From NCBI GenBank assembly GCA_963771355.1, contig CAVYTA010000003.1:1-64000 (forward strand): a DNA stretch of 64,000 nucleotides, in the 5' to 3' direction. The position numbers and the translations under genes are program-made. Of the stretch, positions 52,270 to 61,424 are shown one piece after another. Each line of letters opens with the position of its first letter. Positions within the stretch are counted from its first letter, which is position 1. This stretch comes from an uncultured Candidatus Rokubacteria bacterium. GTDB lineage: Bacteria; Methylomirabilota; Methylomirabilia; Rokubacteriales; CSP1-6. The notes under the pieces are model-generated. The model saw only the letters and a list, made by a program, of their open reading frames with translations. It did no database searches and had not been told where the DNA came from.

Positions 52270-53841
52270 GTGAAGACACTCCGCGCCTCCATCGTTCTCG
52301 CGTCGCTCGCTCGCATCGCCTCGGCCTTCTCGATCCCCCAACCCGGCGAGCTGCTCCCCGGCTCCAGCCCCGCCCTCACGGGCGCTCCGCGATCGGATCG
52401 GGCGGCCGCCCAGGCGCCGGCGCCGGCCCGGCCGCTGCGCCGCTCGCTCAATGCCGCCGTCGCCGAGGGAGCCTCAGCGGAGGTCTTTGCCGCCTGCGCC
52501 AGCGGGGCCGTGATCATCGGCTGGGCGCTCTACCTCGGGGCGAGCGCAGCGGTGATCGGCTTCCTGGGCGCTCTGCCACTGGGCGCCCAGGTCGTGAGCC
52601 TGCCCGCCGCCTGGCTCACCAGCGCACGCAGCCGCAAGGCCGTCACGCTCTGGGCCATCGGCATCTCGCGGCTCACCTTCCTGCCTCTGCTCGCGCTCCC
52701 GACGCTCAACGTGGATGCGTCCACGAAGCTCCACCTGTTCCTGGCCATCGTGGCGGTCAGCACGATCTTCAGCGTGGTCGGCAACAGCGCCTGGGTGGCC
52801 TGGATGGGCGACCTGGTGCCGGACCGCATCCGCGGCCGCTTCGTCGGTCGCCGGACCATCGTCATCAGCATCGCGGGCACGCTGACCTCGCTCGGGGCCG
52901 CGGTCCTGCTCGACCGGCTCGCGCCGATCGGCTGGACCGGCACCGCCCTGTGCGCGCTCACCCTCGTCGCCTGCCTGGCCGGCGTGGCCAGCGTGGTGCT
53001 GATGCTGCGCCAGCACGAGCCCCCCGCTGCCGCCGAGCCCGGTGTGTCCGCCTGGCGGGCGCTCCGGCTCGCGCTCGGCGACCTGCAGGCCCGGCCGTTC
53101 CTCGGCTATCTCTTCGCCTGGAACGCGGCGGTGGGCATCTCGGCCAGCTTCTTCGCCTACCACATGTTGACGAACCTTCACACCGGCTTCCTGGTGGTGG
53201 CCGCCCACGGCGTCGGCGTGGCCGCGGTGCGCATCGCCTCGGCCCGCCTCTGGGGCCACGCGGTGGACCGGATCGGCGCGGGGCCCGTGCTGGTCTTTTG
53301 CTCCTTCGGCATCGCGGCGGTGCCGCTCACCTGGTTATTCATCACGCCCGACCGCCTGTGGCCGATCGCCTTCGATGCGGTGTTCGCCGGCTTTCTGTGG
53401 GCGGGCCACGGCATCGCCGCCTTCGACCTGACCATCGGCCTCGCTCCGCGGGTGTCGCGGCCCTTCTACCTGGGCGCCTTCGCGACTGCCGGCGGCCTCG
53501 GCTTCGGCGCGGCCTCGATGCTGGCCGGCCAGCTCGTCGCTCTCTTCCCCGCCCACTTCGAGCTGGCCGGGGAGACGTGGACCAACCTCCACGTCCTGTT
53601 CCTGATCTCCGCGGTGGGGCGCCTGGCCTCCGCCGGCCTCTCGCTGCGGCTGCACGATCCGGGCGCCCACGGCGACGTGCGCGAGCTGGTCCGCGCCCTG
53701 ACCGAGCGCACCGGTCTCACGGCCCTCAAACCCTCGATACCCTGGGGAGAGGGCCGGGTGAGGGGCTGGCTGGTGAGGCTCAGCGAGGCGCCCCGCCCCT
53801 TGAGGTCAAGGATCTACTCGAGCATAGCCCGCTCGCGATGA
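52270..53841 (+). CDS. MFS transporter (start uncertain)
   Basis: About twelve hydrophobic segments; WMGDLVP..IRGRF, WGHAVDRIG. Confidence 0.85.
   Translation: MKTLRASIVLASLARIASAFSIPQPGELLPGSSPALTGAPRSDRAAAQAPAPARPLRRSLNAAVAEGASAEVFAACASGAVIIGWALYLGASAAVIGFLGALPLGAQVVSLPAAWLTSARSRKAVTLWAIGISRLTFLPLLALPTLNVDASTKLHLFLAIVAVSTIFSVVGNSAWVAWMGDLVPDRIRGRFVGRRTIVISIAGTLTSLGAAVLLDRLAPIGWTGTALCALTLVACLAGVASVVLMLRQHEPPAAAEPGVSAWRALRLALGDLQARPFLGYLFAWNAAVGISASFFAYHMLTNLHTGFLVVAAHGVGVAAVRIASARLWGHAVDRIGAGPVLVFCSFGIAAVPLTWLFITPDRLWPIAFDAVFAGFLWAGHGIAAFDLTIGLAPRVSRPFYLGAFATAGGLGFGAASMLAGQLVALFPAHFELAGETWTNLHVLFLISAVGRLASAGLSLRLHDPGAHGDVRELVRALTERTGLTALKPSIPWGEGRVRGWLVRLSEAPRPLRSRIYSSIARSR
53731..53765. 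repeat. BoxC/REP-like element in the MFS 3' end
   Basis: ...CCCTGGGGAGAGGG-CCGGG-TGAGGGG. Confidence 0.45.
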
Positions 53842-54135
53842 ACTCGATGCAGTCGAAGAAGATCTGCACGGGCTCCACGCAGCAGACGTGCTGAGCCTGC
53901 AGGTCCCCGTGGCAGTCGCGGCTGCGCCGGGCGGCGACCCACGCCGCGAAGCGCGTATCGTCTCGATGCCGCCGAGCTCGTCGATCTCACCCCCGGTGTC
54001 GGCGGCCGCATGGAACCGCGCCACCGTCGTCCCAATCCCGTCGATCAGCTCCACGCGGTCCGCCGGATGTGGATAGAGAGCCGGATCGAGGAGCCGCTCG
54101 ACGAGGCGGGGCCGCTGGCTCGAGCGTTCGGTCAT
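53839..54135 (-). pseudogene. Internally deleted duplicate of the APH/AAA_33 gene 5' half
   Basis: Three blocks matching 51331-51444, 51561-51651 and 51960-52053. Confidence 0.92.
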
Positions 54136-54292
54136 GGGCGTTCCGGGGTGGGCGGCATCACACTGCCATAGCGGTGCACGACGCGCGAGCCCGCCGGCTC
54201 GCGCAGATGGCCACGCAACTCGAAACGCCGCACACATCCCGCACAGCGCGAGGGGGCCACAATCCCGACCCCCTCGCAACTATGCGAGAAAA

Positions 54293-54369
54293 TGGTGCGC
54301 CCTAGAGGAGTCGAACCTCTGGCCTTCGGATTCGTAGTCCGACGCTCTATCCAACTGAGCTAAGGGCGC
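54293..54369 (-). tRNA. tRNA-Arg(ACG)
   Basis: TCGGA-CT-ACG-AA-TCCGA, CCA. Confidence 0.97.
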
Positions 54370-54372
54370 GTC

Positions 54373-54466
54373 TGGCGGAGAGGCCGGGATTCGAACCCGG
54401 GACAGAGGTTTTGCCCCTGTAACCGCTTAGCAGGCGGCTGCCTTCGGCCGACTCGGCCACCTCTCC
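54373..54466 (-). tRNA. tRNA-Ser(GCT)
   Basis: GCCGC-CT-GCT-AA-GCGGT, long variable arm, CCA. Confidence 0.97.
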
Positions 54467-54484
54467 AACAGTAAAGCCTGTTGA

Positions 54485-54500
54485 GTATAAGGCATTATAC
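54485..54500. promoter_or_regulatory. Overlapping divergent -10 elements
   Basis: GTATAA-GGCA-TTATAC; minus strand reads TATAAT (54494-54499) toward the tRNAs. Confidence 0.55.
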
Positions 54501-54517
54501 CGGCGGGAGGATACCCC

Positions 54518-56260
54518 ATGAGTCGGATGCGCCAACTGTTCCGCGACGCCTGGGCCATCGCGCGGCCCTACTGGTTCTCCGAAGACCGGTGGGCTGGCCG
54601 CGGGCTGCTCGTCGCGGTGATCGCCCTCAACCTGGGCATCGTCTTCATCAACGTGCTCCTGAACAAGTGGAACAATGCCTTCTACAACTCGCTCCAGGAC
54701 AAGGACTACGCCGCCTTCGTCAGCCAGCTCTTCAAGTTCACCTATCTCGCGGCCGCCTACATCGTGGCCGCGGTGTATCAGCTCTACCTCAACCAGATGC
54801 TTCAGATCCGCTGGCGGCGCTGGCTCACCGACCGCTATCTGACCGGCTGGCTGAAGGACACCGCCTACTACCGGATGCAGCTTCATGCCACCGAGACGGA
54901 CAACCCCGACCAGCGCATCGCGGAAGACCTCCGCCTCTTCGTCTCGACCACGCTGGGCCTGTCGCTCGGCTTCCTGCGCGCGATCGTGACCCTGGTCTCC
55001 TTCATCGCCATCCTCTGGGTCCTCTCGGGCCCGTTCACCATCCCCTGGGTCAATGTGACGGTGCCGGGCTACATGGTCTGGACGGCCCTGCTCTACGCCA
55101 TCGTGGGCACCTGGCTGACCAACCTCATCGGGCGGCCGCTCATCCAGCTCAACTTCAACCAGCAGCGCTACGAGGCCGACTTCCGATACTCGCTCGTGCG
55201 CTTCCGCGAGAACACGGAAGGGGTGGCGCTCTACCGCGGCGAGGCCGACGAGCTGCGCGGCTTCCGCGACCGGTTCGCGAACGTGGTGCGGAACTGGTGG
55301 GGCATCATGCGCCAGCAGAAGCGGCTCACCTCCTTCACCGCGGGCTACAGCCAGGTCGCGATCATCTTCCCCTTCGTGGTCGCCGCCCCCCGCTACTTCC
55401 GCGGCGAGTTCGCGCTGGGGGGGCTCATGCAGACCGCCTCGGCCTTCGGTCAGGTGCAGGACGCCCTGTCCTATATCATCTCCTCGTATACCGACATCGC
55501 CGAGTGGCGCGCCGTGGTGGCGCGACTCGTAGGCTTCAACAAGGCGCTCGACCAGGTGCGCACCGAGGCCGCCATCCAGGGCATCCGGCACGAGGAGGCC
55601 CCCGCGGGCGGCCTCGGTCTGGAGCACGTGCACCTGGCCCTGCCCGACGGCCGCCCCCTCGTCGAGGACATCTCCGTCTCGCTACGCCGCGGGGACAACG
55701 CGCTGATCAGCGGGCCCTCGGGCGCGGGAAAGAGCACGCTCTTCCGCGCCATCGCGGGCATCTGGCCGTTCGGACGGGGGCGGATCACCATGCCGGCGGG
55801 GGACCGCGTCCTCTTCCTGCCGCAGAAGCCCTATCTCCCACTGGGCACCATCCGCGAGATCGTGAGCTATCCGACCCCCCCAGCCGGTCTCACGGACGCC
55901 ACGCTGCGAGAGGGGCTGGAGGCGGTGGGGCTCCCCCAGCTGGGCGATAAGCTGGACGAGTCGGCCAACTGGGCGCTGCGCCTCTCGCCGGGCGAGCAGC
56001 AGCGCATCGCCTTCGCGCGGGCGCTGGTGCAGAAGCCCGACTGGCTGTTCCTCGACGAGGCGACCTCCGCGGTCGACGAAGCGTCGGAGGGGCCGCTCTA
56101 TGCGCTGCTGCGGGAGCGGCTACCCGGCGCCACCGTCATCAGCGTGGGACACCGGAGCACGCTCCGGCCGTTCCATGCGCGCCGGCTCGTGATCAGGCCG
56201 AACGGGGCGGGCACCGGCGCGGGGCCGGCCACCCTGGAGGAGGTGGCGCAGTCGGCCTGA
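54518..56260 (+). CDS. ABCD/YddA/BacA-like fused ABC permease-ATPase
   Basis: IRWRRWLT, DNPDQRIAED, EADFR, GPSGAGKS, LSPGEQQR, LDEATS. Confidence 0.93.
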   Translation: MSRMRQLFRDAWAIARPYWFSEDRWAGRGLLVAVIALNLGIVFINVLLNKWNNAFYNSLQDKDYAAFVSQLFKFTYLAAAYIVAAVYQLYLNQMLQIRWRRWLTDRYLTGWLKDTAYYRMQLHATETDNPDQRIAEDLRLFVSTTLGLSLGFLRAIVTLVSFIAILWVLSGPFTIPWVNVTVPGYMVWTALLYAIVGTWLTNLIGRPLIQLNFNQQRYEADFRYSLVRFRENTEGVALYRGEADELRGFRDRFANVVRNWWGIMRQQKRLTSFTAGYSQVAIIFPFVVAAPRYFRGEFALGGLMQTASAFGQVQDALSYIISSYTDIAEWRAVVARLVGFNKALDQVRTEAAIQGIRHEEAPAGGLGLEHVHLALPDGRPLVEDISVSLRRGDNALISGPSGAGKSTLFRAIAGIWPFGRGRITMPAGDRVLFLPQKPYLPLGTIREIVSYPTPPAGLTDATLREGLEAVGLPQLGDKLDESANWALRLSPGEQQRIAFARALVQKPDWLFLDEATSAVDEASEGPLYALLRERLPGATVISVGHRSTLRPFHARRLVIRPNGAGTGAGPATLEEVAQSA

Positions 56261-56274
56261 GCCCCGGGGGAGAG

Positions 56275-56364
56275 TGGCGGAGGGGGAGGGATTCGAACCC
56301 CCGATCCCTTGCGGGATTCCGGTTTTCAAGACCGGCGCCTTCAACCGGACTCGGCCACCCCTCC
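56275..56364 (-). tRNA. tRNA-Ser(TGA)
   Basis: CCGGT-CT-TGA-AA-ACCGG, long variable arm, CCA. Confidence 0.97.
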
Positions 56365-56414
56365 GTCGCCCTAACTAGCCGCTGAATCTTAGCATTTCCG
56401 CGCGCGGGCTCTTG

Positions 56415-57398
56415 CTACTCGATCACCTGATCCGCCTGCAGCAAGAGTGACTGCGGGATCGTCAGCCCGATCGCCCTGGCCGTCTTCAGGTTGATGACCA
56501 GCTCGAACTTCGAAGGCCGCTCGACCGGCAGCTCGGACGGCTTGGCGCCCTTGAGGATTCTATCCACGTAGTCGGCTGCTCGTCGGTAAAGGTCTTCGGC
56601 GTTGGCTCCGTACGACATGAGTCCGCCGGACTTCGGAAAGACGCTGAACACGTGCATCCCAGGCAAGCGTCGCTGCCTCTCGTAGTCCGCGATGGCCAAC
56701 CGATGATCTCTGAAGATTTCATCCTGCTGCACGATGAGTGCACCGACCTGAGCCGCCGCCATGCGTGCGAACGCCCCCTCGAGCTCGGAAGCAGTGCGCA
56801 CCTCGGCGAGATGAAGTGTCAGTCCCAAGCTGCGGGCGGCGGCATTCATCTCGGTGAGTTGAGCTTGGTGGACCGCATAGCCGGGATTGGCCAGGTAGCC
56901 TACCCGAGCGAGACTGGGGATCGCCTGCTTGAGCACCTCCAAACGCTTGGACATGAGTTCCCGATTGATCGTGGTGAGCCCGGTGAAATTGCCACCTGGC
57001 CGCGCCAGACTTCCCACCAGCCCGGTCACGACCGGCTCACTCACCGTGGCGAAGACGACCGGGAGGGTCGTCCCCGTCCGCTTCATCGCGAGGGCCGCGG
57101 GCGTGTTCACCGCAACGATGACGTCCAGGGGCAAGCGCGCCAGTTCGGCCGCGTGGGCGTCAAGCGTCTTCCCCATGTCCCCCCATCGGTATTCGACCGC
57201 GATATTCGTTCCTTCGATCCATCCGTGATCCCGAAGCCCACCGGTGAACGCCTTGGTTACCCCAGCACTTGCCGTCGAGGTGCCGGAGGACAGATACCCG
57301 ATCCGGGCCACCTTCCCCGCTTGCTGCGCCTCGACGACGAACGGCGCGGCGAGGAGACCGCCCGCGACTACTCCAAGGAACACGCGCCGCTCTATCAC
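56415..57398 (-). CDS. ABC_sub_bind-type substrate-binding protein (orphan)
   Basis: ERRVFL signal, SLARPGGNFTG, GGLMSYG, LVINLKTA. Confidence 0.9.
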   Translation of the reverse strand: MIERRVFLGVVAGGLLAAPFVVEAQQAGKVARIGYLSSGTSTASAGVTKAFTGGLRDHGWIEGTNIAVEYRWGDMGKTLDAHAAELARLPLDVIVAVNTPAALAMKRTGTTLPVVFATVSEPVVTGLVGSLARPGGNFTGLTTINRELMSKRLEVLKQAIPSLARVGYLANPGYAVHQAQLTEMNAAARSLGLTLHLAEVRTASELEGAFARMAAAQVGALIVQQDEIFRDHRLAIADYERQRRLPGMHVFSVFPKSGGLMSYGANAEDLYRRAADYVDRILKGAKPSELPVERPSKFELVINLKTARAIGLTIPQSLLLQADQVIE

Positions 57399-57805
57399 CG
57401 GGCCCTCCCCAAAAGTCGTCTGCGAATCAGGCGCGAAGGAATGCGGAGCCTGCGGTACGCGGGCCGGGTCCATCGGATATTGCCTCCCAGGCTGCGGGGG
57501 AGTCTACCAGAAGTGCGCGGCTCGCCGCCCTGAACTGCGTCTCGGGCTCTGTGCGCAAGGGGCTCTTGCTGGCGCCAGAGATTCCGGACGGGATCGACAG
57601 AGCTTCAGGGGCGTGCGGGCGGCCCTCCCTGCGCTACGTGGAGCGGCCAGGGGGCGGGGGGCCTAATGAGCCCCAGAGGTGGTGCGATGGGGCCCAGGGG
57701 GTCTGGACGGAGATGAAGGCAGACGTGACCGGGTGAGGGCCAGCGCCGAGCCAGCCGCGGCGGGGGGGCCGGGTAGGCGCCTTCGGCCAACCTCTCCCCG
57801 GAACT

Positions 57806-59152
57806 CTAGAGCGACTTGAGGTACTCGATCAGGTCCTGTGATTCTGCCGCCGTCAGCCCGAGGCTCATGACACGGTTGTAGTGGCTCACGACCTCCGCCA
57901 GCGTCGAGAACCGCCCGTCGTGGTAGAAGCCGCCCTTGTGGATCTTCTTCGTCTCCCAGAGCGCCCGGAGCGGCGTCGTGCGATAGGCACGGTCCGGGGA
58001 CCGGTCGGCCTGGAAGGAATCGATCCCGATCTCGTCGGCCTTGTGGAGATTCCAGCCCGGCTCCGTGAAGATGGGCGGCACATGGCAGGTTGCGCATCGC
58101 GCCTTCCCGGAGAAGGTCGCCTGGCCACGCGCGGCGCGCGCCTGGTCGAAGGTGTCCGCGGGCGGCTTTGGAACCGGCATGGCGAGCTGATAGAAATGGA
58201 GCGCGGCCAGCTTGGGGGTGATCCGATCGTCCGGCGTGCGCTTGTTCGCCAGTCCCGCGCGCGCCGCGACCGGATACTGCTCCCGATTGTTCAGCCGCGG
58301 GTCGAAGAAATTGCCTCGGCCATGCATCTCGAGGTTGGCCACGAATGCGTTCCAGTACGTCACCCCGCCCCAGGAGCCCGTCCATGTATGCTGATTGACC
58401 CCCGCCAGACCGAACGCCGGCGGAATCAGCGTGGCGGCGGACTTGCCGTCGGGACGGAACGCCTTGCCATCGAGGGTGAGCTGGGCGTCAAACTTGCCCG
58501 GCCCCCAGCTTGCGAGCACCTTGCGAACCGTCGCCTCGTCGACCCCCAGCAGGTCGACATATGGCTTCAAGGTCGGGGCCAGCGACACGATGGCGCCGAT
58601 GTTCAGATCGCTGTTGGGCCACCCGTCGAGCCGGCGGCCAATGCCGGGCGCGAGGGCGTCGTCCACATGCGAATGGCAGAGCGCGCACTGGATACCCACG
58701 GACGTGATCCGGCCCTGCGGATCGAAGAACCCTGTCACGCCCACCACCGCATTGGCCTTGAGGAGGGCGAGCGTGCTGCTCGGGTCGTCGAGGTCCACCT
58801 TCCCCGCCTTGAGGGCGTCAACGAGCGACGACGGTAGCGCCGCCAGGTCGACCTTGAGGCCGGCGGCAAGGGCCTGCTTCGGCGAGACGCCGGCGCCGAC
58901 GCCGCCGTTCTTCTGCCCCGCGATCCCCCGATGGAGCTGGAGCGCGCCTCCCCAGAACCCTTCGCTGCCGAAGGTGTCGTTGCGAAAGGCCGCCCGCCCT
59001 TCCTCCATCAGCCGGCGGGCATTCTCGCCGATGGCCCCATCGAAGCCCCTCGACATGTCACCGCCAGTCTCGGGCCCCCGCATCGACATGCACGCCGCCA
59101 CCGCCAACCCGGCCAGGACCACGATGCTCCCGACCCGTGCGCCGATCTTCAT
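57806..59152 (-). CDS. Di-heme cytochrome c lipoprotein (CcP/MauG-superfamily-like)
   Basis: Lipobox LAVAAC, CALCH, CATCH, YRTTPLRALW...FYHDGRF. Confidence 0.8.
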   Translation of the reverse strand: MKIGARVGSIVVLAGLAVAACMSMRGPETGGDMSRGFDGAIGENARRLMEEGRAAFRNDTFGSEGFWGGALQLHRGIAGQKNGGVGAGVSPKQALAAGLKVDLAALPSSLVDALKAGKVDLDDPSSTLALLKANAVVGVTGFFDPQGRITSVGIQCALCHSHVDDALAPGIGRRLDGWPNSDLNIGAIVSLAPTLKPYVDLLGVDEATVRKVLASWGPGKFDAQLTLDGKAFRPDGKSAATLIPPAFGLAGVNQHTWTGSWGGVTYWNAFVANLEMHGRGNFFDPRLNNREQYPVAARAGLANKRTPDDRITPKLAALHFYQLAMPVPKPPADTFDQARAARGQATFSGKARCATCHVPPIFTEPGWNLHKADEIGIDSFQADRSPDRAYRTTPLRALWETKKIHKGGFYHDGRFSTLAEVVSHYNRVMSLGLTAAESQDLIEYLKSL

Positions 59153-59211
59153 GGTCAGTCTCCTCGCGCAGCGCTGCCTGCTAACGCTTAGATGCGCGAG
59201 AACGCCAGATC

Positions 59212-59445
59212 TTACTGCGGGGGGCGCGTGATCTGGAGGAGGGCCTGGTACTCCTCGCCACACTCCGAGCACTGGGCGCTATGCTGAGCCACCTGCGGGA
59301 ACGCCGCCTGGGCGGCGGGCGCGCCGGAGCTCGCGGCCAGGTCGACGTAGGCGGGGAGCAGCTCGAAGAACTCCGAGCAGACGATCTCGGACTCGCGCGC
59401 CTCGAAGACCGTGCCGAGGAACCGGATCAGCGCCGCGCGCTCCAT
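59212..59445 (-). CDS. Soluble zinc-finger (HxxxCxxC) anti-sigma-like protein
   Basis: C...HSAQCSECGEE; directly after the ECF gene. Confidence 0.75.
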   Translation of the reverse strand: MERAALIRFLGTVFEARESEIVCSEFFELLPAYVDLAASSGAPAAQAAFPQVAQHSAQCSECGEEYQALLQITRPPQ

Positions 59446-59446
59446 C

Positions 59447-60088
59447 CTAGGAGGACCCCCTTTCGAAGGCTTTCAGCGCATCCTCGAGGCTGACCCCGCC
59501 GGCCAGCAAGGCTGCGCGGAGCTTTCGCCGGGCGTCGTGGATGGCCTTGTACACCGCGTCGCGCGAGATGCCAAGGTCTGCGGCGAGGAGATCCAGTGGC
59601 TGCTGATGAAAGACGTGGGCGAGGAGCACGCGCCGCTGATGCGCGGTCAGCTCCGTCTCGATGATCTGCTTGATCCTCGCCCACAGCTCCCGCTGAAGGG
59701 CGGCGCGGTCGGGGGCCGGGGACTCGTCGAGGGGCCAGTCGGGAACACCGCCATCGCGGGAATCGGGCAGTCTCGGGGTCCAGCGCTGCCGGCGCAGCTG
59801 CCCGAGCAGGACGTTGACCGCGATCCGATGGACCCAGGTGGTGAAGCGGCTCTCGTGCCGGAAGGTGTCGAGCTTGGCGCGCACCGTGACCAGCGTGTCG
59901 TGGACGGCATCCTCGACGAAGGCTTCGACCTCGCCCTCGGCGATACCGGCCGGCCGATTCCGTCGCAGATAGACGACCAGGCTTCGCTGAACCTGTTGCC
60001 GGATCGCCGCCCACGCCGCCTCGCTGTCGGCGCGGAGGGACGTCACCCAGTCGAGGTTGCTTGGTTCCCCTTCGGGCGGCGTCGTCAT
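59447..60088 (-). CDS. ECF sigma factor
   Basis: FRHESRFTTWVHRIAVN, SRDAVYKAIHDARRKLR. Confidence 0.9.
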   Translation of the reverse strand: MTTPPEGEPSNLDWVTSLRADSEAAWAAIRQQVQRSLVVYLRRNRPAGIAEGEVEAFVEDAVHDTLVTVRAKLDTFRHESRFTTWVHRIAVNVLLGQLRRQRWTPRLPDSRDGGVPDWPLDESPAPDRAALQRELWARIKQIIETELTAHQRRVLLAHVFHQQPLDLLAADLGISRDAVYKAIHDARRKLRAALLAGGVSLEDALKAFERGSS

Positions 60089-60118
60089 CGAGGAGCCGCG
60101 CGGGCGACCATCCGAGCG

Positions 60119-61411
60119 CTACTGCGCGCGATCGAGGCGCTCGAGCCCGCCCATGTACGGGCGGAGGACGGGCGGCACGGTGACGCTGCCGTCGGCCTCC
60201 TGGTAGTTCTCGAGGACGGCGATGAGGGTGCGGCCCACCGCGAGGCCGGAGCCGTTGAGGGTGTGGCAGAATTCCGTCTTGCCGCCGCCGGCGGGCCGGA
60301 ACTTGAGGTCGAGCCGGCGGGCCTGGAAGGCCTCGCAGTTCGAGCAGGACGAGATCTCTCGATATTTCCCCTGCCCCGGCAGCCACACCTCGATGTCATA
60401 GCTCTTGGCCGCCGTGAAGCTCGCGTCCCCCGCGCAATGGAGCACCACGCGGTACGGGATCTCCAGGCGCTTCAGCACCTCTTCCGCCTCGACCACCATG
60501 GACTCCAGCTCGTCGTAGGACTGGGCGGGCGTGGTGACCTTCACCAGCTCCACCTTGTCGAACTGGTGCTGGCGGATCATGCCCTTCATGTCCTTGCCGT
60601 AGGTGCCTGCCTCGCGGCGATAGCAGGGCGTGAAGGCGGTGTAGCGGCGCGGCAGGGTCGCCTCGGCGAGGGTCTCGTCGGCGTGGAGCGCGGTGAGCGG
60701 CACCTCCGCGGTGGGGATCAGGTAGAGCAGCCGGTTCTCGTCCGCCTCGTGGGTCTTGAAGAGCCCGTCCTCGAACTTGGGCAGCTGCCCGGTCCGGAGC
60801 ATGGTGCTCCCGTTCACGAGCTGCGGCACCCAGAGCTCGGTATAGCCATGCTCGCGCGTGTGGAGGTCGAGCATGAACTGGGTGAGCGCGCGCCCAAGCC
60901 GCGCCGCGGGGCCCCACATCACGGTGAAGCGCGACTTGGCGAGCTTGACCGCGCGGGCGAAGTCGAGCAGGCCCAGGGCCTCGCCGAGCACGTCGTGGGA
61001 TTTGGGGTCGAAGCCGAACTGGCGGGGCTCGCCCCAGCGGCGGATCTCCACGTTCTCGTCTTCCGTGGTGCCGGGCGGGACGGAGGGGTGCGGGAGATTG
61101 GGTAGCTGGAGCAGCAGGGCCTCGACCTGCTCGTCGACCTGCTTGACCTGGGCGTCGAGATCCTTGATGCGGTCCCCGACCTCGCGCATCCGCGCCGTGA
61201 CGGCCTCGGGATTTTCGCCGCGGCGCTTGGCCTGACCGATGGCTTCCGAGGCGCGGTTGCGCTCGGCCTTGAGGGCCTCCACCTCCGCGATGAGCCGGCG
61301 CCGCTCGGCGTCCTTGGCGACGATCTCGCGGACCAGCTCGGCGCCCCCCCGGTCCCGGAGCCCGCGCTCCACCGCCTCGGGATTCTCGCGGAGGAGGCGG
61401 ATGTCCAGCAT
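60119..61411 (-). CDS. serS: Serine--tRNA ligase
   Basis: LIPTAEV, YRREAG, RQHQFDKVE, EISSCSNC, TLNGSGLA. Confidence 0.98.
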   Translation of the reverse strand: MLDIRLLRENPEAVERGLRDRGGAELVREIVAKDAERRRLIAEVEALKAERNRASEAIGQAKRRGENPEAVTARMREVGDRIKDLDAQVKQVDEQVEALLLQLPNLPHPSVPPGTTEDENVEIRRWGEPRQFGFDPKSHDVLGEALGLLDFARAVKLAKSRFTVMWGPAARLGRALTQFMLDLHTREHGYTELWVPQLVNGSTMLRTGQLPKFEDGLFKTHEADENRLLYLIPTAEVPLTALHADETLAEATLPRRYTAFTPCYRREAGTYGKDMKGMIRQHQFDKVELVKVTTPAQSYDELESMVVEAEEVLKRLEIPYRVVLHCAGDASFTAAKSYDIEVWLPGQGKYREISSCSNCEAFQARRLDLKFRPAGGGKTEFCHTLNGSGLAVGRTLIAVLENYQEADGSVTVPPVLRPYMGGLERLDRAQ

Positions 61412-61424
61412 GGCGGGGCCCCGG

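Noticed and set aside
53839..54135. Duplicated block as a DGR template repeat
   Set aside because: Differences are not restricted to adenines on one strand, the copy has large deletions, and no reverse transcriptase is present
61412..61424. T-box riboswitch upstream of serS
   Set aside because: Only 13 bp separate gyrA and serS
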